Of a DNA stretch of 64,000 nucleotides, positions 24,036 through 37,405 are shown in pieces. The first letter of the stretch is position 1. Every line of letters starts with the position of its first letter. The notes under the pieces are model-generated. The model was not told the origin of the DNA. It did not search any database and worked only from the letters and a program-made list of their open reading frames with translations. Source of the stretch: Lama guanicoe (lineage: Eukaryota); the NCBI GenBank assembly GCA_013239625.1, contig MU053629.1, forward strand, positions 3,995,567 through 4,059,566. Reading direction: 5' to 3'. The translations under genes and the position numbers were made by a program.

Positions 24036-26949
24036 TATGGTAAAATCATTCCAGTCCAGCCCTCATCTAGCCCGCAGACCTGTGGTCTGAAACTCAGCCT
24101 GTGCTGCAGAGGGGAGCAGGTGCCCTGAGCGGCCCGCGGAGATGTCAGGAAGCCTGTTAGATACTCACTCGCCTTGCTCATGAGCTCAGCATCCTGGCAA
24201 CAGCCCCATGGTATCATCCTGCTCCCTCGTCCCCACCTCCCTTCCCAGCCCTGCTCTCTCTCTCAGAACTGATTCACTCTTACTTTACACATACTTCTAC
24301 TCAGTGGTGTGGTAGAAAGAGCACAGATCAGTCAGAAGTCTTGAGACAAGTCTGTTAGCATCTCTCTGTGTCTCTTCCCCCATCTGGAAAATTGAGATCA
24401 GAGTAAGTGCTTTAAGACTGAGGGTTTCCTTCAGGTCAGAGGATCCTGAGGTCATGCTGTCCTTCGTAGATCACTATGACATTTTGACAAACCTAATCCC
24501 GTAATACAAGAGCACATTTATGGAAGAAAATATAAACTACATGTCGTGTCTGTAAGATAGTGTATCTTTTTTTTTAAAGTAAAAAATCAAGAAAATGCCT
24601 CCCTTTAAATTTATTTATTTTCCTCTGTGCATTAGGAAGATCTCATCATATGATGTTTCAGGCAGGACACCCAGGTCCAGCTCATCCCACAGGTGCCAGT
24701 TTGAGAACCCCTGGGCTGGAGATGGGAGGCTGGTGTTCTTGCCCTGGCCTGTCCATCACCTTGCTGTGTGGTTTTGGACAAGTCACTCACCTGTTCTGGG
24801 CTTCTGTTTCTCCCTGGAAGCAGCGAGAGGCTGAGGGTGTACTAGAGATCGTCCGAGGTCCTTTTCAGTTCCAACCTTCAAGGCTGGACCCGATCCCTGC
24901 ATCTCAGTGTCACATACAGGATCCCGTGGACCAAGGGCAGATGTGAAGCCATCTTTCCCCCTGGTTCCCCATCTGTGCATCTGTTCCCGCCCCATGGGAA
25001 ACCATACATGGGAGCTCTTGGGCCAAGGAAAGGCTGCTCCTTCCCCTCACCGGAGACCCCATCTTCCCAGTCTAGGGCCTTGAGCCCTTGAACAATTGTC
25101 TGAGGGGGAGCTAGGCTATTAAAGTAATTTACATAGTAATTAACAAGGTTCCATTAGCTGATTCCTGGAGCCAGAACACTGTGCCTCCGTTTCCCTTTAG
25201 GGGTCCGTGGTCCCGGGCTGGGACTGAGGTTTGCTGAGGTTTGGCTGGTGGAGCAGTGAGGGGAGGAATTTTCCCTGCTCACGTGTCCCAGCCCCGCACC
25301 CAGGGAAGAGAAACAGTGACGGCGCAAGGGTCCCAGCTGGCTGAGTAATGAGGTCTGGGGCGAAGGGGCGCTTCGTGAGCACTGGGGCCCAAAACCCCAG
25401 AAAGAAAGGCAGCCACGAGTCTCACAGCCATGTGTCTGTTCTGCAGCCCAGGGCCTAATGCCCTCAGGAGCCCGTCTTTCAAGATGGCACACAATTTCTT
25501 ATGTCCTTCTGGGCCTCCTGGCAACAAATTGTATGTGTGACCACAGTGAGGTGCAAAGCTTCCTGGCTTATCACCTTTGGGCCTCTCGGTGACCCTACGA
25601 GAGAGATGTTATCTTCTCCACTGTGGGGGTGAGGAAAGTGAGGCCCAGAGAGGTGAAGTGACTTGCCCAGGATCACACAGCCTGAAGTAGCAGAGTGGAA
25701 CTAGAACCTGGGTCCTAGACACCATCCAGCTCTTGCCACTTGGCCAGGGGTTTCTAAACAGCTCTGTGCAGCCCCAGGGGACTCTCAGAGGATTTGTCTC
25801 CAGGAGAAAGGGTCCCCAGGACGGCTGGCAACTTTACCCCATGTCCCCCCCACCCCATGTAATGGGCAGTTTTGGCCCTCTGAGGCTCTGGTCTGGGTCC
25901 CAGATCCCTGGCCTTGTTCTCCCCATCAGGCTTTCTGCAGGTTAAGCCCAGGACCCTCTGCCTGCCCAGCCCCTCCGGCTCCCCCCTCCTTCCAGCACAC
26001 CTGGCGGGCCTGCTGCTCCCCTGCCCTGACCGTGGCCTTCACACGCCTCTGTAAGACTTCCTCTTCAACTCCATTGTCTCTGTGTCCAACCAAGGAAAAA
26101 GAGACAACAAAGATGGGGACAGGACAGCATTGCTGGGGTTTCCACAGTTTTGAATAATTTGCCTACACTTCTTTACTCAGCAGATATTTCTAGGGCTATA
26201 AGAGCCAGTGTTTGAGGATAAAAAACCCAAGCCTGGCCCCAGGAGAGCTTATGGGGAGACAAGGCACAGACTCAGCACAGCGGTTCCCCATGGATCATAC
26301 GCTGGGCGCAGAGAGTGGAGGGGCAGGAGGGGTGGGTGACCCCTGCTGGCCAGAGCTGGGCAGACTTTCTGGAAAGCTGCAGGGAGCTGGAGAAGCCAGA
26401 GCTTCTCTGAAGATGGAGGAGGCATCGGCCCAGGGGTGAGGGAGGGACGCCCTTTCTAGCTAGAGTTGCTGTACGTGTGAGGGCTCAGGGCTGGGGAGCA
26501 GAGGGCATTTCGTGCGGGCTCACCTGGGTGATGGTCCAGGGTGGGGAGGGGGGCAGCTGCCGGGTCAAGGAGCCAAGTGAGGGGCCGAGGCGCTCAGGCC
26601 TGCCGCTTGCTGCCTGCTCTCCTCTGCAGTTCCCGCCACAGGGCCCCTGTCCTCAGGGCTCCCTGAGGGGCCACTTAGGCTGTGGGTAGGGGTCAACAGG
26701 GACTCACAGCCCGAGGGCACCCCCGCATTGGTGCCCCACCGCTGTGCTGTCCCTGTCCCCTCGGCCTTAGCTCCTGGCTGGAGCCAGGGCCAGTGAGGCT
26801 CACGGCTGCTTTCCCAAGACATGAGGACAAGGCGGGGAAACTCACAGCCAGTGAGGTAGCATCTCTGCCTTTCGGGGCCTCCATCACTCCTTCTGTACAA
26901 TAGTGGGGGTGTCGCCGGTGGTGGCTGAAGCCCTTTGCAGACAAGGAAG

Positions 26950-27470
26950 ATGTTTCAGTCGGGCCCCCAAGCAGAGGAGCCTGAGACAGGATTTGAGTGC
27001 AAGTTTATCTGGGAGGTGACCTCAGGAAGCCCCAGTGGGGATGTGAGGGGGGCAGAAAGGAGAGCGCACAGGGGCCTTGATGAGCAGAGGACCCCCGAGG
27101 GTGGCTGGGGCTCCGTGGCCCTGGGAGCTCTCGGGGAAGCCATGTGACACCCACCTCCAGAGTTGTCCTGTGCAAGGGGACAGGAAGCCAGGTCTTCGTC
27201 CCTCAACTCTGGTCTGTCTTTGGTAGAAGGCTGCTCCTGGGGCCTGAACGCCTGGCATTTCTGGCCTGCCCTACCCGTGCTCTCAGCATCCTCCTGCAGC
27301 CAAGAAGGACTTCGGGCAGAGAGTGGCAGAGGCTGGCAGGAAGAAGCCATTGACGTGATGGCAACGGTGTGTAGCAAACAGCACTTCCAAAAGCAGGTTG
27401 TCTGGGCGTGGATAGCAGATTCTTCAGAAACCAAGACCCAAAGGGACTGAAGGGACTCCCCTGGGGCCAC
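26950..27470 (-). mobile_element. Old ERVL-type LTR
   Basis: aagcagaggagcctgagacaggatttgagtgcaagtttatctgggaggtgacc resembles an antisense ERVL LTR 3' end. Confidence 0.55.
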
Positions 27471-30400
27471 ACTGCAAGTTCTCTATAGACTGGACAAAAA
27501 GTCATCACCCAGGGCTCCCTGCCACCGCCCCCCGCCCACCTCCATCCCAGGTCTGTCAATCATCCTTGCCCCTCCTCCCTCGCTTAGTTAAATAAGGCAA
27601 CTTTGGTAGGAGATACGAATGCATCTTGGACAACCCCAACTGGCTCAAATCTATGAGACTTTGAACCCTTCACTGAAAACGGCCTTATCATCTCCACATC
27701 TGCACCCTAGTCCTTGATCTGGTGCCTGGCACGTGGTAGGGCCTTGATACACAAAGGATGAACTGATGACTTTGGCCATTTGTGTGGCTTGGGGCATTTC
27801 CTGTGTCTTTATGGCTGGCAGTTTCCGGTTTGAAAAATAGGCAGGTGATGCTGGCTGTGCTGATTTCCTTGGGTTTTTGTATCAGATGGTTGGCATGACG
27901 CGTGGCCCCCAGTAGGGGCTCAACAACAGGTGGGACCGCGGAGGAACGTTCGAGAAACCGCCCAGGCTGTCACCCCTATCACTCCAGAAGGAGGGGCGGT
28001 GGTGGTGGTTGCCTGGCAAGAACACTTTGTGAGTCGAAGGATCACGCCTGTCCCCTTGGGTCTGAGGTTGGGGGCCCCCCTGAACCCCCTGGCACATTTC
28101 ACATTCCCGGGTCCCTGAAGCTCTGAATCGGGTCTCCCCACCCCCTGCAATCTCACAGCTCCCTGCCAGCCGAGCCGTTTTGCAGACCCAAGTTGGTAAT
28201 GACAGATGCTTCTCCCCTGGCCCTTCACTGGGGAAACCACGGAAAGTATTTGAAACACGCTTTGAAACACGCAGCTGGGGAATGTGCAGGCTTCCACTGG
28301 GCCGGGCTTGGCGGCAGCCAGAGATTTCTCAGCCAGCACTTCTGACTAACACTTCTGGCCCGGGAGCTGTCAGCTCAGTTTTTCAACAGCATTTATACTT
28401 TTTTTTTTTTCCTTTTTCCTTTCAGAACATTATCCCGAAAGCAGGTTCTGAATCAGACAGTCCCTGGAAGGGTGCTGTCTCTGTTAGAGGCGTGGTTTGG
28501 GATGGGCCTCGGCCAGGGAGGGGGATCTGCCGTCCGTCTGGGCTCCTCGGGGCCCAGGCAGCCTGAATCAGAGGATTCCCTGCTGAAAGGGGTCCCCGAG
28601 GACTTCCAGATCGTTTGCCTCCAGGGAGATCTGGTTAACCCATTCCAGGCCTCTGCAACTTTGATTTTAAGCCGTCCTCCCGTGGGGATGAAGGAAGGGA
28701 GGGAGAATGGAAGGACAACAGACTCTGCCAGTTACGCATGCGGTCCCACTGTGTGTCACTGTCTGTGAAATGGCCGTAATAGCACCCACCTTCAGGCTGT
28801 GGTGAGGTTTAAGGGACAGCATATGAAAGCACCTTGTACAATTCCTGCACACAGTAGGTGCGCATTGGTTTCCCCTCTTCCTTATTTCTTGGTCATCGAG
28901 TCTGCTCTCTCATCACAAAGCTGGCAAATGAATGGGTGAAGGTCTCGATGCACCTGAACCCCCCTCTGCTCTAGACAGTCCTCTCCCAAGTCAACAGCTG
29001 AAAGCCATGGGCAGGTCCTTCCTGAGCATCAGTTCTGGGCAAAGGGAAGAGCTAAGCCTTGTGGCGATGCCCCTGATGCCCAGGCTCCAGTCCCTGTTGT
29101 AAAGGAGTTTCTGGTCTACTGAGGGAGCAGTCGCCCTCACTGGATACAATGTCGCTCATTTTATTACTGGAGCCATATTCACAAAGATTCTGCTCACCCG
29201 TTTATACACGTTTACTCATTCTTGGAGAAAGCATTTACTGCAAACGGAGGGCCCGGCTACCCCTCGCCCCTGGTGGTGGTTCCTTTCCACTTTACATCCC
29301 TGGTTCTATTTGCTGTGATGTGGTACAGGAAAGTGCTTTGGAAATTCAAGAGCGTGCTGTTCCTCTGCCTAGAACACGCTTCCTGACCTCGCCCAGCTGG
29401 AGACCACAAGCCCCCTCCTCTGAGACGTCCTCCTGACTCCCTCACGCATATTTAGCCGCTTCCTCCCTGAGCTCCCCAGGACTTCAGTCATAATGGGGTG
29501 CTGCCCCCAGTGCACCACATTGTGATGGGCGGTTTTCACGTCTGCCTTTGAGGAGACAGCAAACAAGAGCTGGGTACTGAAAGGGACAATAGGGTGTCTA
29601 AGTTGGGGATTGGGACACACACAGCTTGTTGGGGATGTGTTCCTGGGAGAAGCCAGTGATGGAAGCAGGATGGGGCAGCAAGGATGCGGGCGCTGCTGGA
29701 ATCCAGCCTCAGCCTGACCCACGGGGAGCTCTGGGACAGGAACTGCACCTTGGAGCGGAACTGCCAACCCCTTCGGTCAAGGGAGCCAGCCTCCGTACCC
29801 CCGAGTCACTGAGTCTGACATCAGAGGGTGGGCAGAGGTGACTCCCAGGTGAAGTGGCTCCTCTTTGGCCAAAGGCATTTCTCTGCGGAAGAGGATGGCT
29901 GTGAGCTGTAGCTGCCAACACTCCCAGCAGTAGGGGGGTGGGTGCCTCAGCCATGTGTTGGGGGCCTGGGGTGGGGCGCCCACAGGGTGCCCTTGGGTGG
30001 GGAGAGGCTCAGGAAGGAGCGTTAAGACCAGGTCTTTTCCAAGATGCTGTGCATGGTCTGGGCATTTGTCCTTATCTTTCTGTCTTTGGCTAAAAGGACT
30101 CATAGGCAAGGACAGAGGTACAGACCTATGGGTGAAGGCAGGGCCAACATCCCCGAGAGAGCTTTGGGGATGGCAGCATGGTTGGGAGTGGGTAAGCCTG
30201 AGATGGGCAGCAGGAGAGAGAGGTTCCTGCCTCATCGCCGCTCACCTTGCCAAGTGCCCCACCGACCTTTAGGCACCAGCAGACCTAACCTTCCCCGCTG
30301 TACCCAGGCCCCTCCTCTGTGTCCCCTCCCCACTTGATCACCTACCAAGCAGGCTATGAAGACTTGCTTTGCATCCCTGAGCCCACGGTCAATTCTTAAA

Positions 30401-30689
30401 AGCAAGGGCTTCATCTTATTTCAATTTTCCAAGTGCCTTGGCATTTCCAAGGTGGCCAATAAATAATCCATTATTTTTCTGTGAGGTGGTGAAAGAGGCC
30501 GAGGCACCTTTTGCCAAGGACGCCCTCATGTTCAGGGAGGGTCCAGGCTGGCTTTGCTCTTCCCACCCCAGACCCCCAGCCCCGGCCAAGGGCTGAAGCC
30601 TCCACTGGGCCCCACACGCAGCCTGTGCGGCGGCCTTGGGCGAGCGTGGCCGGTGGGACGCGCCGAGAACGGGGAGCTCCCGCTGTCCT

Positions 30690-31180
30690 GGTGTGCAGCC
30701 TCCTCGACCTTAATTTATATGAAATGGGACTCCATCACTCACAGCCTGCGCCTGGCCTTGGTCGGCGCAGGTAATGATGATATAGGCTCATTTATGCAAG
30801 ATTATCCTTTTATCACATTTCCAGACTCATTTATGAGGCTCATGTTTCCCCCCGAGGGCGTCATCAAGCAAGTTAAGTTGCACTATTTCCCTCCCGCAGA
30901 GCACTGGCGGGGGCCTCCCTCGCTGACGGATGAGGCCCGCTGCCTTTGCCAAATAGGGTCGGCGTGATGGATCTTTTACTTGTGAATATTATAGCTGGAA
31001 ATTAGCATGTTTATTGAGGTAGAATGTGTTTGTTTACATTCCACTACCCATGGCATTACCTCTTATGACCTGACTTATTTAGTTGAGGATAAGCACAAAT
31101 GATCCGCATTTTGGCACCCACAAAAAAATTAATGAACTTCCAGATACAGAATTCAGCCTTAAGTAAACACACCAGCGAGG
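30690..31180. promoter_or_regulatory. Putative conserved enhancer (PBX-HOX, FOX and HOX/CDX motifs)
   Basis: No recognisable repeat; TGATGGAT 30965-30972, TGTTTAC 31031-31037, ctcatttatg at 30787 and 30826; CpGs retained. Confidence 0.55.
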
Positions 31181-32778
31181 TGGGTGACGGCAGAGGGAAG
31201 GGGTCTGGGGGTTTGGGTGGTGAGCAAGGTGGACCATCTGGTACTTGAACTTGACCCGGCAGGGGCAGGAGGTCGAGGGATGGAGGCAGGCGGGGAGCTG
31301 TGACATCAGGCATCCCACGCGGTACCCAGAGCCAGCGCCCAGCCTGGCTGCTTGTTGCATGGAGGTGACGTCTGTTGATGGAGGCAGGAGGAGAGAGACA
31401 GAGGACCAGGACTGTGAGCCATTTTCTCAGGGATGCTCCTGGACTGCCTGTGGGTCTGGATGCAGGAGTGAGAGGGATGGCCCAAGTGTGCAGACGAAGG
31501 CTGGGGCGGGAGGATGCCTGGGCAGGGATGGGAAGGACTGGGGTGAGTGACGATGGGACCTGAGAGGCCAAGTTACCACCTGGAGTCTGCTCCTCCCCTG
31601 ACACCTTCCCCTGCAGCAGTTTTGAAACCCAGCTTCTCTCTCCACCCCCCTGGTTTGCTGGTAGGCAGCATGCTTTGGGGGACAGACACTCACTAACTCA
31701 ACATCCTCCGTGGCTTGAAGCCTGAGGCCTGCTTTGGAAGAAGGCTCAGAGTGTGTATCCTCTGGGTTGTTGCTTCAGGGATCCAGGAGAGCTTTGCCCC
31801 CTGTGCCTGGCCTGCAGAGACCTCAAATTCCACCCTTAAAACTAGATACCTTTGTAGTTAATCCTCTTTAAAGAGCAGATGCTGCGGGAGGGGGCCTGCT
31901 TCTTGGTCATTGCCACCTCAGGGTACAAAAGCAACCTGAGGGAAGCAGGAAAGCTCAAGGTTGAGGGTCAAAGTCCCCGAAAAGCGTGACTGAGAGACCC
32001 AGGAACAAACTTTTCCCCTTGCATAAATTCTTCAAGGTGAGCAAAGCCAGTCTCACTGTCTCCAACCCTGATCATAAAGATGGGAGGGGCCTCCTGTCTG
32101 CTCATCAGAATCAGACACACCTGAGGTCTAACTCTGGCTCTGCCTCTTCCTAGCTCTGTGACCTCTGTGACCTTGGGTGAGTCATTTGAACGCTGTGGTC
32201 TCCATGTCCCCAGCTAGAAAATGGAGCAGGGGAATTACAGTGCCCACCTGTCAGTGTCACCATAAAAGAAGAGAGTTTCTAATGTGCTTAGCACACAGTA
32301 GCCCTTGGTAACTGTCCATGAATTAGTGGTCATAAGTATCATTTTTCTTCCCAGACGAGATGCTGCAACTTACTTTTTTGGCTTTCCGACAAGTGGGAAT
32401 TGGAGGGACCGAAAGAGACAGAGGGAGAGGGAGACCGATCACCTCCAGACTCTCCATCCCTTTCCCCTCGTTGGGTCCTGATGTGGGCCTGTGAGCCCTT
32501 CCCATGGAGCCTGTGGAGTCCCCATGAGGGAACAGAGCAAGGTGCCAGACTGCATTTTGCCGCATCAGCCGCAAATCTCCCGGGGATCTGGGGAAACTCA
32601 GTGGTTCCAAACCTCAGTCTCCTCATCTGTGAAATGGGGCCAGCCTCACTGGTGACCTGGGAAGCATCCAGGTCTGCAACTAATTTATCCCCCAGTCACT
32701 GGTGCCCAGCAGTGTCAGGTGTGCGAGAGTCATTCCGTGGTTGCTGGATGACAGGTAGATGGACCGGACACTGTAGAT

Positions 32779-32990
32779 CAGGGTTCAGAAAACTGTCTGT
32801 AAAGGGCCAGGTAAGCAAATATTTTAAGTTTTGCGAGCCACACCTAATCTTTGTTGCCACTACTCAGCGCTGCCACTGTAATGCAAATGCAGCCAGACAA
32901 GGTGTAAACACGTGATTGTGTCTGTGGTCCAGTATGACTTTATTTATAAAATCAGGTGGTGGCTGGATTTGGCCACAGCTCTTGATCTCT
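32779..32990 (+). mobile_element. MER58-like hAT-Charlie MITE
   Basis: ctgtaaagggccaggtaagcaaatattttaagttttgcgagcca...ctttatttataaaatcaggtggtggctggatttggcc. Confidence 0.85.
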
Positions 32991-33424
32991 GTGTAGTGAG
33001 GCCAAGGCGGTCTTCAGACTCAGAAAGCCAGGCTCAAATCCCAGCACCTCCACTCTTGAGCTGTGTGGCCTTCGACAAGTGACTTACCCTCTCTGAGCCT
33101 CCATTGCCTCCTCTGTGACATGGAGGACGCTGGCTTGTACTGTTTTGGTACTCCCCTCCCTGCACCTATAGGGGCTGGGCTCAGGGAAGGGGCTTAGGAA
33201 AGACTTGTAGATTCATTCCAAAAATGGTCTCCGATGATAATAATAACTCCTGATAAATGTACTGTGCTTTTCGACTTACAATGCATTTCACATCCAAATC
33301 ACTTCCTTACCCCATTCCCTACACAATGGGTACAATATTATTATTATTTTTATGCTCACTTTACAGGTGAGAAAACCAAGGTCCAGAGAGACTTAGAGAC
33401 TTTCCAAAATCACGGTCTTTGTCC

Positions 33425-33706
33425 ATTTGGGCTGGAAAGTCCAAGATCGAGGCGCTGGCATTAGGCATCTGGTAAGAGCCCGCTTGCTCCTAGATGGCTG
33501 TATTTTCATTGTAAACTCACCTGGTAGAAGCGGCGAGGGAGCTCTCTGGGGCCTCTTTCCTGAGGGCACTAATCTCATTTATGGGAGCTCTGCCCGCGTG
33601 TCCTGATCACCTCCCAAAGACCCACCTCCTAATACCAAAACACTGGGCGTTAGGTTTTCAACATATGAATTTGGGGCAGGGGGACACGAACATTCAATCT
33701 ATAGCC
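33425..33706 (-). mobile_element. MLT1A-type LTR fragment within a MIR
   Basis: ggctggaaagtccaagatc...cacctcccaaagacccacctcctaatacc...ttcaacatatgaatttgggg. Confidence 0.85.
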
Positions 33707-34119
33707 ATCAAACAATCAGTAAAGGACAGAACAGGGATTAAAACCGGGTATTTCAGCAGCAAATTGTCACATTTTCCACTACATCAGAGCTGTCATAAAT
33801 AAGCCTCCTCCCCATTCTGTCTGCTCCTGCCATGGGCAATCAGCAAAGGGATTGGCTGTGCAGGCGCTTGGGGAGTATATAGACCAGGGGCCTGACCTCC
33901 CTGTGAGAACGGTTTGAGACTTACAGGCTTGAAGAATGGTGATCTTGGCTCTGTAGTGAAGATCCTGAGATGGGTGAGCAGACTGGGCTGGAGTCAGGGT
34001 GAGGGTGAGGTGATGTTGCTACAGGCTGAAGGGGTCTCTCCTGGTGCAGAAAGGGATTTGGGCAGGCAGTTCTGACTGCTCAGAGATCAAGCTTTGAATA
34101 TTCCAATTGAGAAAGAAAC

Positions 34120-34600
34120 CCTGTATCAGTATTTGAAATAGTATTTGGCAGTAAGGAAGGAAGACCCCAGAAAGCTAAGGCTTAACAAAAACAAAAAAGA
34201 AACAAACAAACAAGAAGGCCTATTTTTTTTGTCATGTGCTATGAAATCCAGGGTGGTCAGGGCTGTGGCAACAACTCCACAATGACATCTTCTGTCTTTC
34301 TGCTTGGCCAAGTGGTTCTGCAAGTAGCTTTTACCCTTAAAGTCACCTCATGGACACAAGATGGCTGCTGGAGCTCCAACCATCCGTGTCACATTCCAGG
34401 TGGGAGAAAGAAGGAAGGAGAAGTGTAGAAGTGGTGCCTGAATCAGCTCCCTTTTAAAGGAGACTTGCTGGGAACCTTGCCCAAGAAGATAACAACTTTG
34501 GCTCTTGTCTCATTGACCAGAATTGGTCATGGCACTAGCCCAAACTATAAGGGAGGCTAGGAAATGTGGATAGTAGTACATTGCTGCCCCAATCAGGGCT
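34120..34600 (-). mobile_element. Old MLT1(J/K)-type LTR
   Basis: caagatggctgctggagctccaaccatc...tctcattgaccagaattggtcatggc...gggaggctaggaaatgt. Confidence 0.7.
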
Positions 34601-35234
34601 GAGTCAGCAGGGGAGAAGTGGAGGATGGATATAGAGTGGGTAAACCTCAGTCTCTGCCTCCTTCTTCTAATTTGCCATCTGAGTAAACTACAGCCCAGGG
34701 AAAGGAGGAAGTTGTCCAAGATGGCACAAAAGGTAGGGGCATGCCTGAGACCAGACCCCAAAGTTTCTGATTCTGAGACAGATGCTTCTTCCACGGTCTC
34801 TACTGCTTCACTCTGCAGCCCTACCTGTTCACAAATATTATTTATTAAGCATTAACTATGTGCCAGGTACCATATTAAAGGTTTCCCAGGCTTGTTCCAT
34901 TTAATCTGGAACCAATCATTTGAGGCAGGCATTACTATTACTCCCATTTTACAGAGAAAGACACTGAGGCTCAGCTAAGTGAGGTGACTGTGCCAGGTCC
35001 CAGAGCTCGTAAGTGAAAGTGGGCTTGAAACCCAGGTTCCCAACCCTGGCTGTCAGCAACTCAGTGCATGTGATTAAAATGATGCAGGGACATACTCACA
35101 GGCGGCTGGGTTGAAGTGGCTCTCTTGGTGACCCTGTACCACCAGGAACGCCCGCAGACGACCCCAATAGTCAGGCAGCAAGACTTCTACCAACCAAAGG
35201 GGTCCCTGGCTCCCCGCCCACCTGGCCAGCCCCC

Positions 35235-35670
35235 GTCTCTGCAGCTCCTCATTCCAGCCAATTACTCCTAATGGAGTGATATGAAATGTAACTAACTTGG
35301 GGAAATATCTGTATACTTTAATTAAATCAGTTCGCAATTAGCCATCTGAGTAATGAGGCTAAGGTGTTTTATCTCCCTGTGAGCCAGCGGGCCAGGGGAG
35401 CCAAAGGCAGAGGGATTTTGTGCGAATAGCGTGGTCCTGGTGACAAACTCCTTAGGGGAATGGAGGCAGGTGCTGGAAACCCCAGGAGAGGATTTGGCCC
35501 AAATTTACTATGATTAAATAAATACGGCATCTCAGAGAGGAGCTACTAATCTGTGGGACTAAATTTTTAATGGCTACAGCTGATTTTCCTTATGAAAGAA
35601 ATACCAGGGCCTTTAAACCAAACACCTCATGGCAAAGGGCTAAAAATTACACATGCGCAGTGTGATCTCG
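35235..35670. promoter_or_regulatory. Putative conserved enhancer (homeodomain-rich)
   Basis: Unique sequence with TTAATTAA (35318-35325), CAATTA, TAATGG and TGATTAAAT motifs. Confidence 0.45.
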
Positions 35671-35745
35671 TCCCCAGACGTGCAAAAGTCCTGGCTGGGC
35701 AGACTGGCCGCTGTCCAGCAAGGGCTTCCTAAAGGCCTCCAGGGA

Positions 35746-36260
35746 CAGGGCGGGGACCAGTGTAAAGGTGGGTGAGGACTTTGCCTCGGGTGTACAATTT
35801 AAATGGGTACCCAAATACTCAGAAGTGAAATCATGTTTTAATGCAGGCTATTTTAAAAATGCAAAAAATTGATGATCAACAAAATTCCAAAATTTAAAGA
35901 CGGGGTTAGTATCAGTGCTGTGCCATGCGGAGCTGCAGCAGAGTCTGGAGCAAAGGGGAAAAATTGGTAATACTGATTTTGTCTTTATTTAAAATTTGAT
36001 ATTTTGTTCATTATGGACTTTTTTTACATTGATTTAAAAATTAAAAAAAATTTTAGTTGAAATATGTCAGTTTACAATACTTTCTGGTGTACAGAAAATA
36101 TTTCAGTCACCCATACACGTACATATATTCCTTTTTCATATTCTTTTTCATTGCTGGTTACTGCATTGACTTTTTGATTTTTTAAAATATTGCATTAAAA
36201 TATGTGTCTTGATGGTTGTGGGTTTTGGTGCCTGCTTAAATTGTGTTCCCGTAGGTGAGG
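35746..36260. mobile_element. Palindromic MER96B-like hAT MITE with an L1 3' fragment inserted at about 36040-36162
   Basis: Inverted arms (aacaaaattccaaaatttaaagac vs gtctttatttaaaatttgatattttgtt; tttaatgca vs tgcattaaa); similar to 13360-13695. Confidence 0.7.
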
Positions 36261-36619
36261 TCAGAGTTTGTGTCTTATTTGGTAAAATGGCCATCCTGTG
36301 TGCCCCTCCGGGAACCCAGCCGGGTTCTTTAGGCTTCTAAGTGGCAGGCTTTATGGGTGGCTGGGACAGGGGTGGCACCTGGAACCCTAGACCATGAAAG
36401 CAAAGAGGAGTCTCGTGCTTGCTCCGGCAAGACCCAGAGACCAGAAGCAACTGGCCTGAGATCACCCAGCAGCTTTGTGGCAGAGCTGGGGCTCAGTGTC
36501 CCAACTCCCTATGGGGCTTCTCTGTGCATCAGAGGAGAGAAGAGCCTTTAAGATGTCCCCGGGTGAAAGCCATCACAAAGCCACCCTCCACAATGGAAGG
36601 CCCTAATAAAATGAGCCAG

Positions 36620-37042
36620 GGTGACTGGTGCTGACTGGCTGACCCAGTCCCCACTTACAGCCCCTTCTCTCTCCCAGTGGCTGGTGCAGCGTGGCCATGT
36701 GACCCAGTTCTGGCCCGGAAGTCACAGAAGTCATCAGGTGGGGCTAATGGGGACAGTACCCAGCTCATGTCCCTTTGGCTTTTTTTGCCTGCTCCTTTTC
36801 CCCCTTCATGTCGTGAACTTACTCTCTGTGTCTGAGGCGAGCAGCTGCCCCGTGACCTTGAGGACAAGAGCCACACGCTAAGGATGACCGAGCAGAAAGA
36901 GAAGAAGAGCCTGGGTCTCAAGGTCCCCTTCACCCTCTGTTCCAGCCCTGGGCTGCCTGCCGCATCCCTGTTTCATCCCTGTCTGCTCAAGCCGTGATTA
37001 GCAGGATTTTCTGATGCTCACAGCTTGAATGCAGTCCTAACA
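36620..37042 (+). mobile_element. LTR16-type ERVL LTR
   Basis: ggccatgtgacccagttctggcc core; 3' end gattttctgatgctcacagcttgaatgcagtcctaac. Confidence 0.7.
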
Positions 37043-37094
37043 GCTCCATCACCCACAGTGACAAGAGCAGCTTTTGGTGAAATTCATTTGATAT

Positions 37095-37405
37095 TCACGT
37101 GGCTCACTCCCTGCTTCATTTAGGTCCTTGCTCCCTGTCGCCTCCTCAGGGAAGCCTTCCTTGACCACCCTATCTACCATAGCAGCTCCCATCCCTCTCC
37201 ATTCCTTTCCCTTGCGTTATTTTTTATGGCCCTTAAATCAACCACTACATGACATTCTATTATGAAATTATTTGTTTTTTGCTGCTTCCACTGGAATTAG
37301 TTCCGTGCGAGCCAGGCTCTTCTGTCTTTGTCACGGCTGTATCTCCAGCGTCTAGAGCTGTCACTGGCACATAGCAGGTCCTCAGTCAGTCTTATTGAAT
37401 GAATG
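37095..37405 (+). mobile_element. L2 3' end
   Basis: gaagccttccttgaccacccta...ctggcacatagcaggtcctcagt...ttgaatgaatg is an L2 terminus. Confidence 0.8.
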
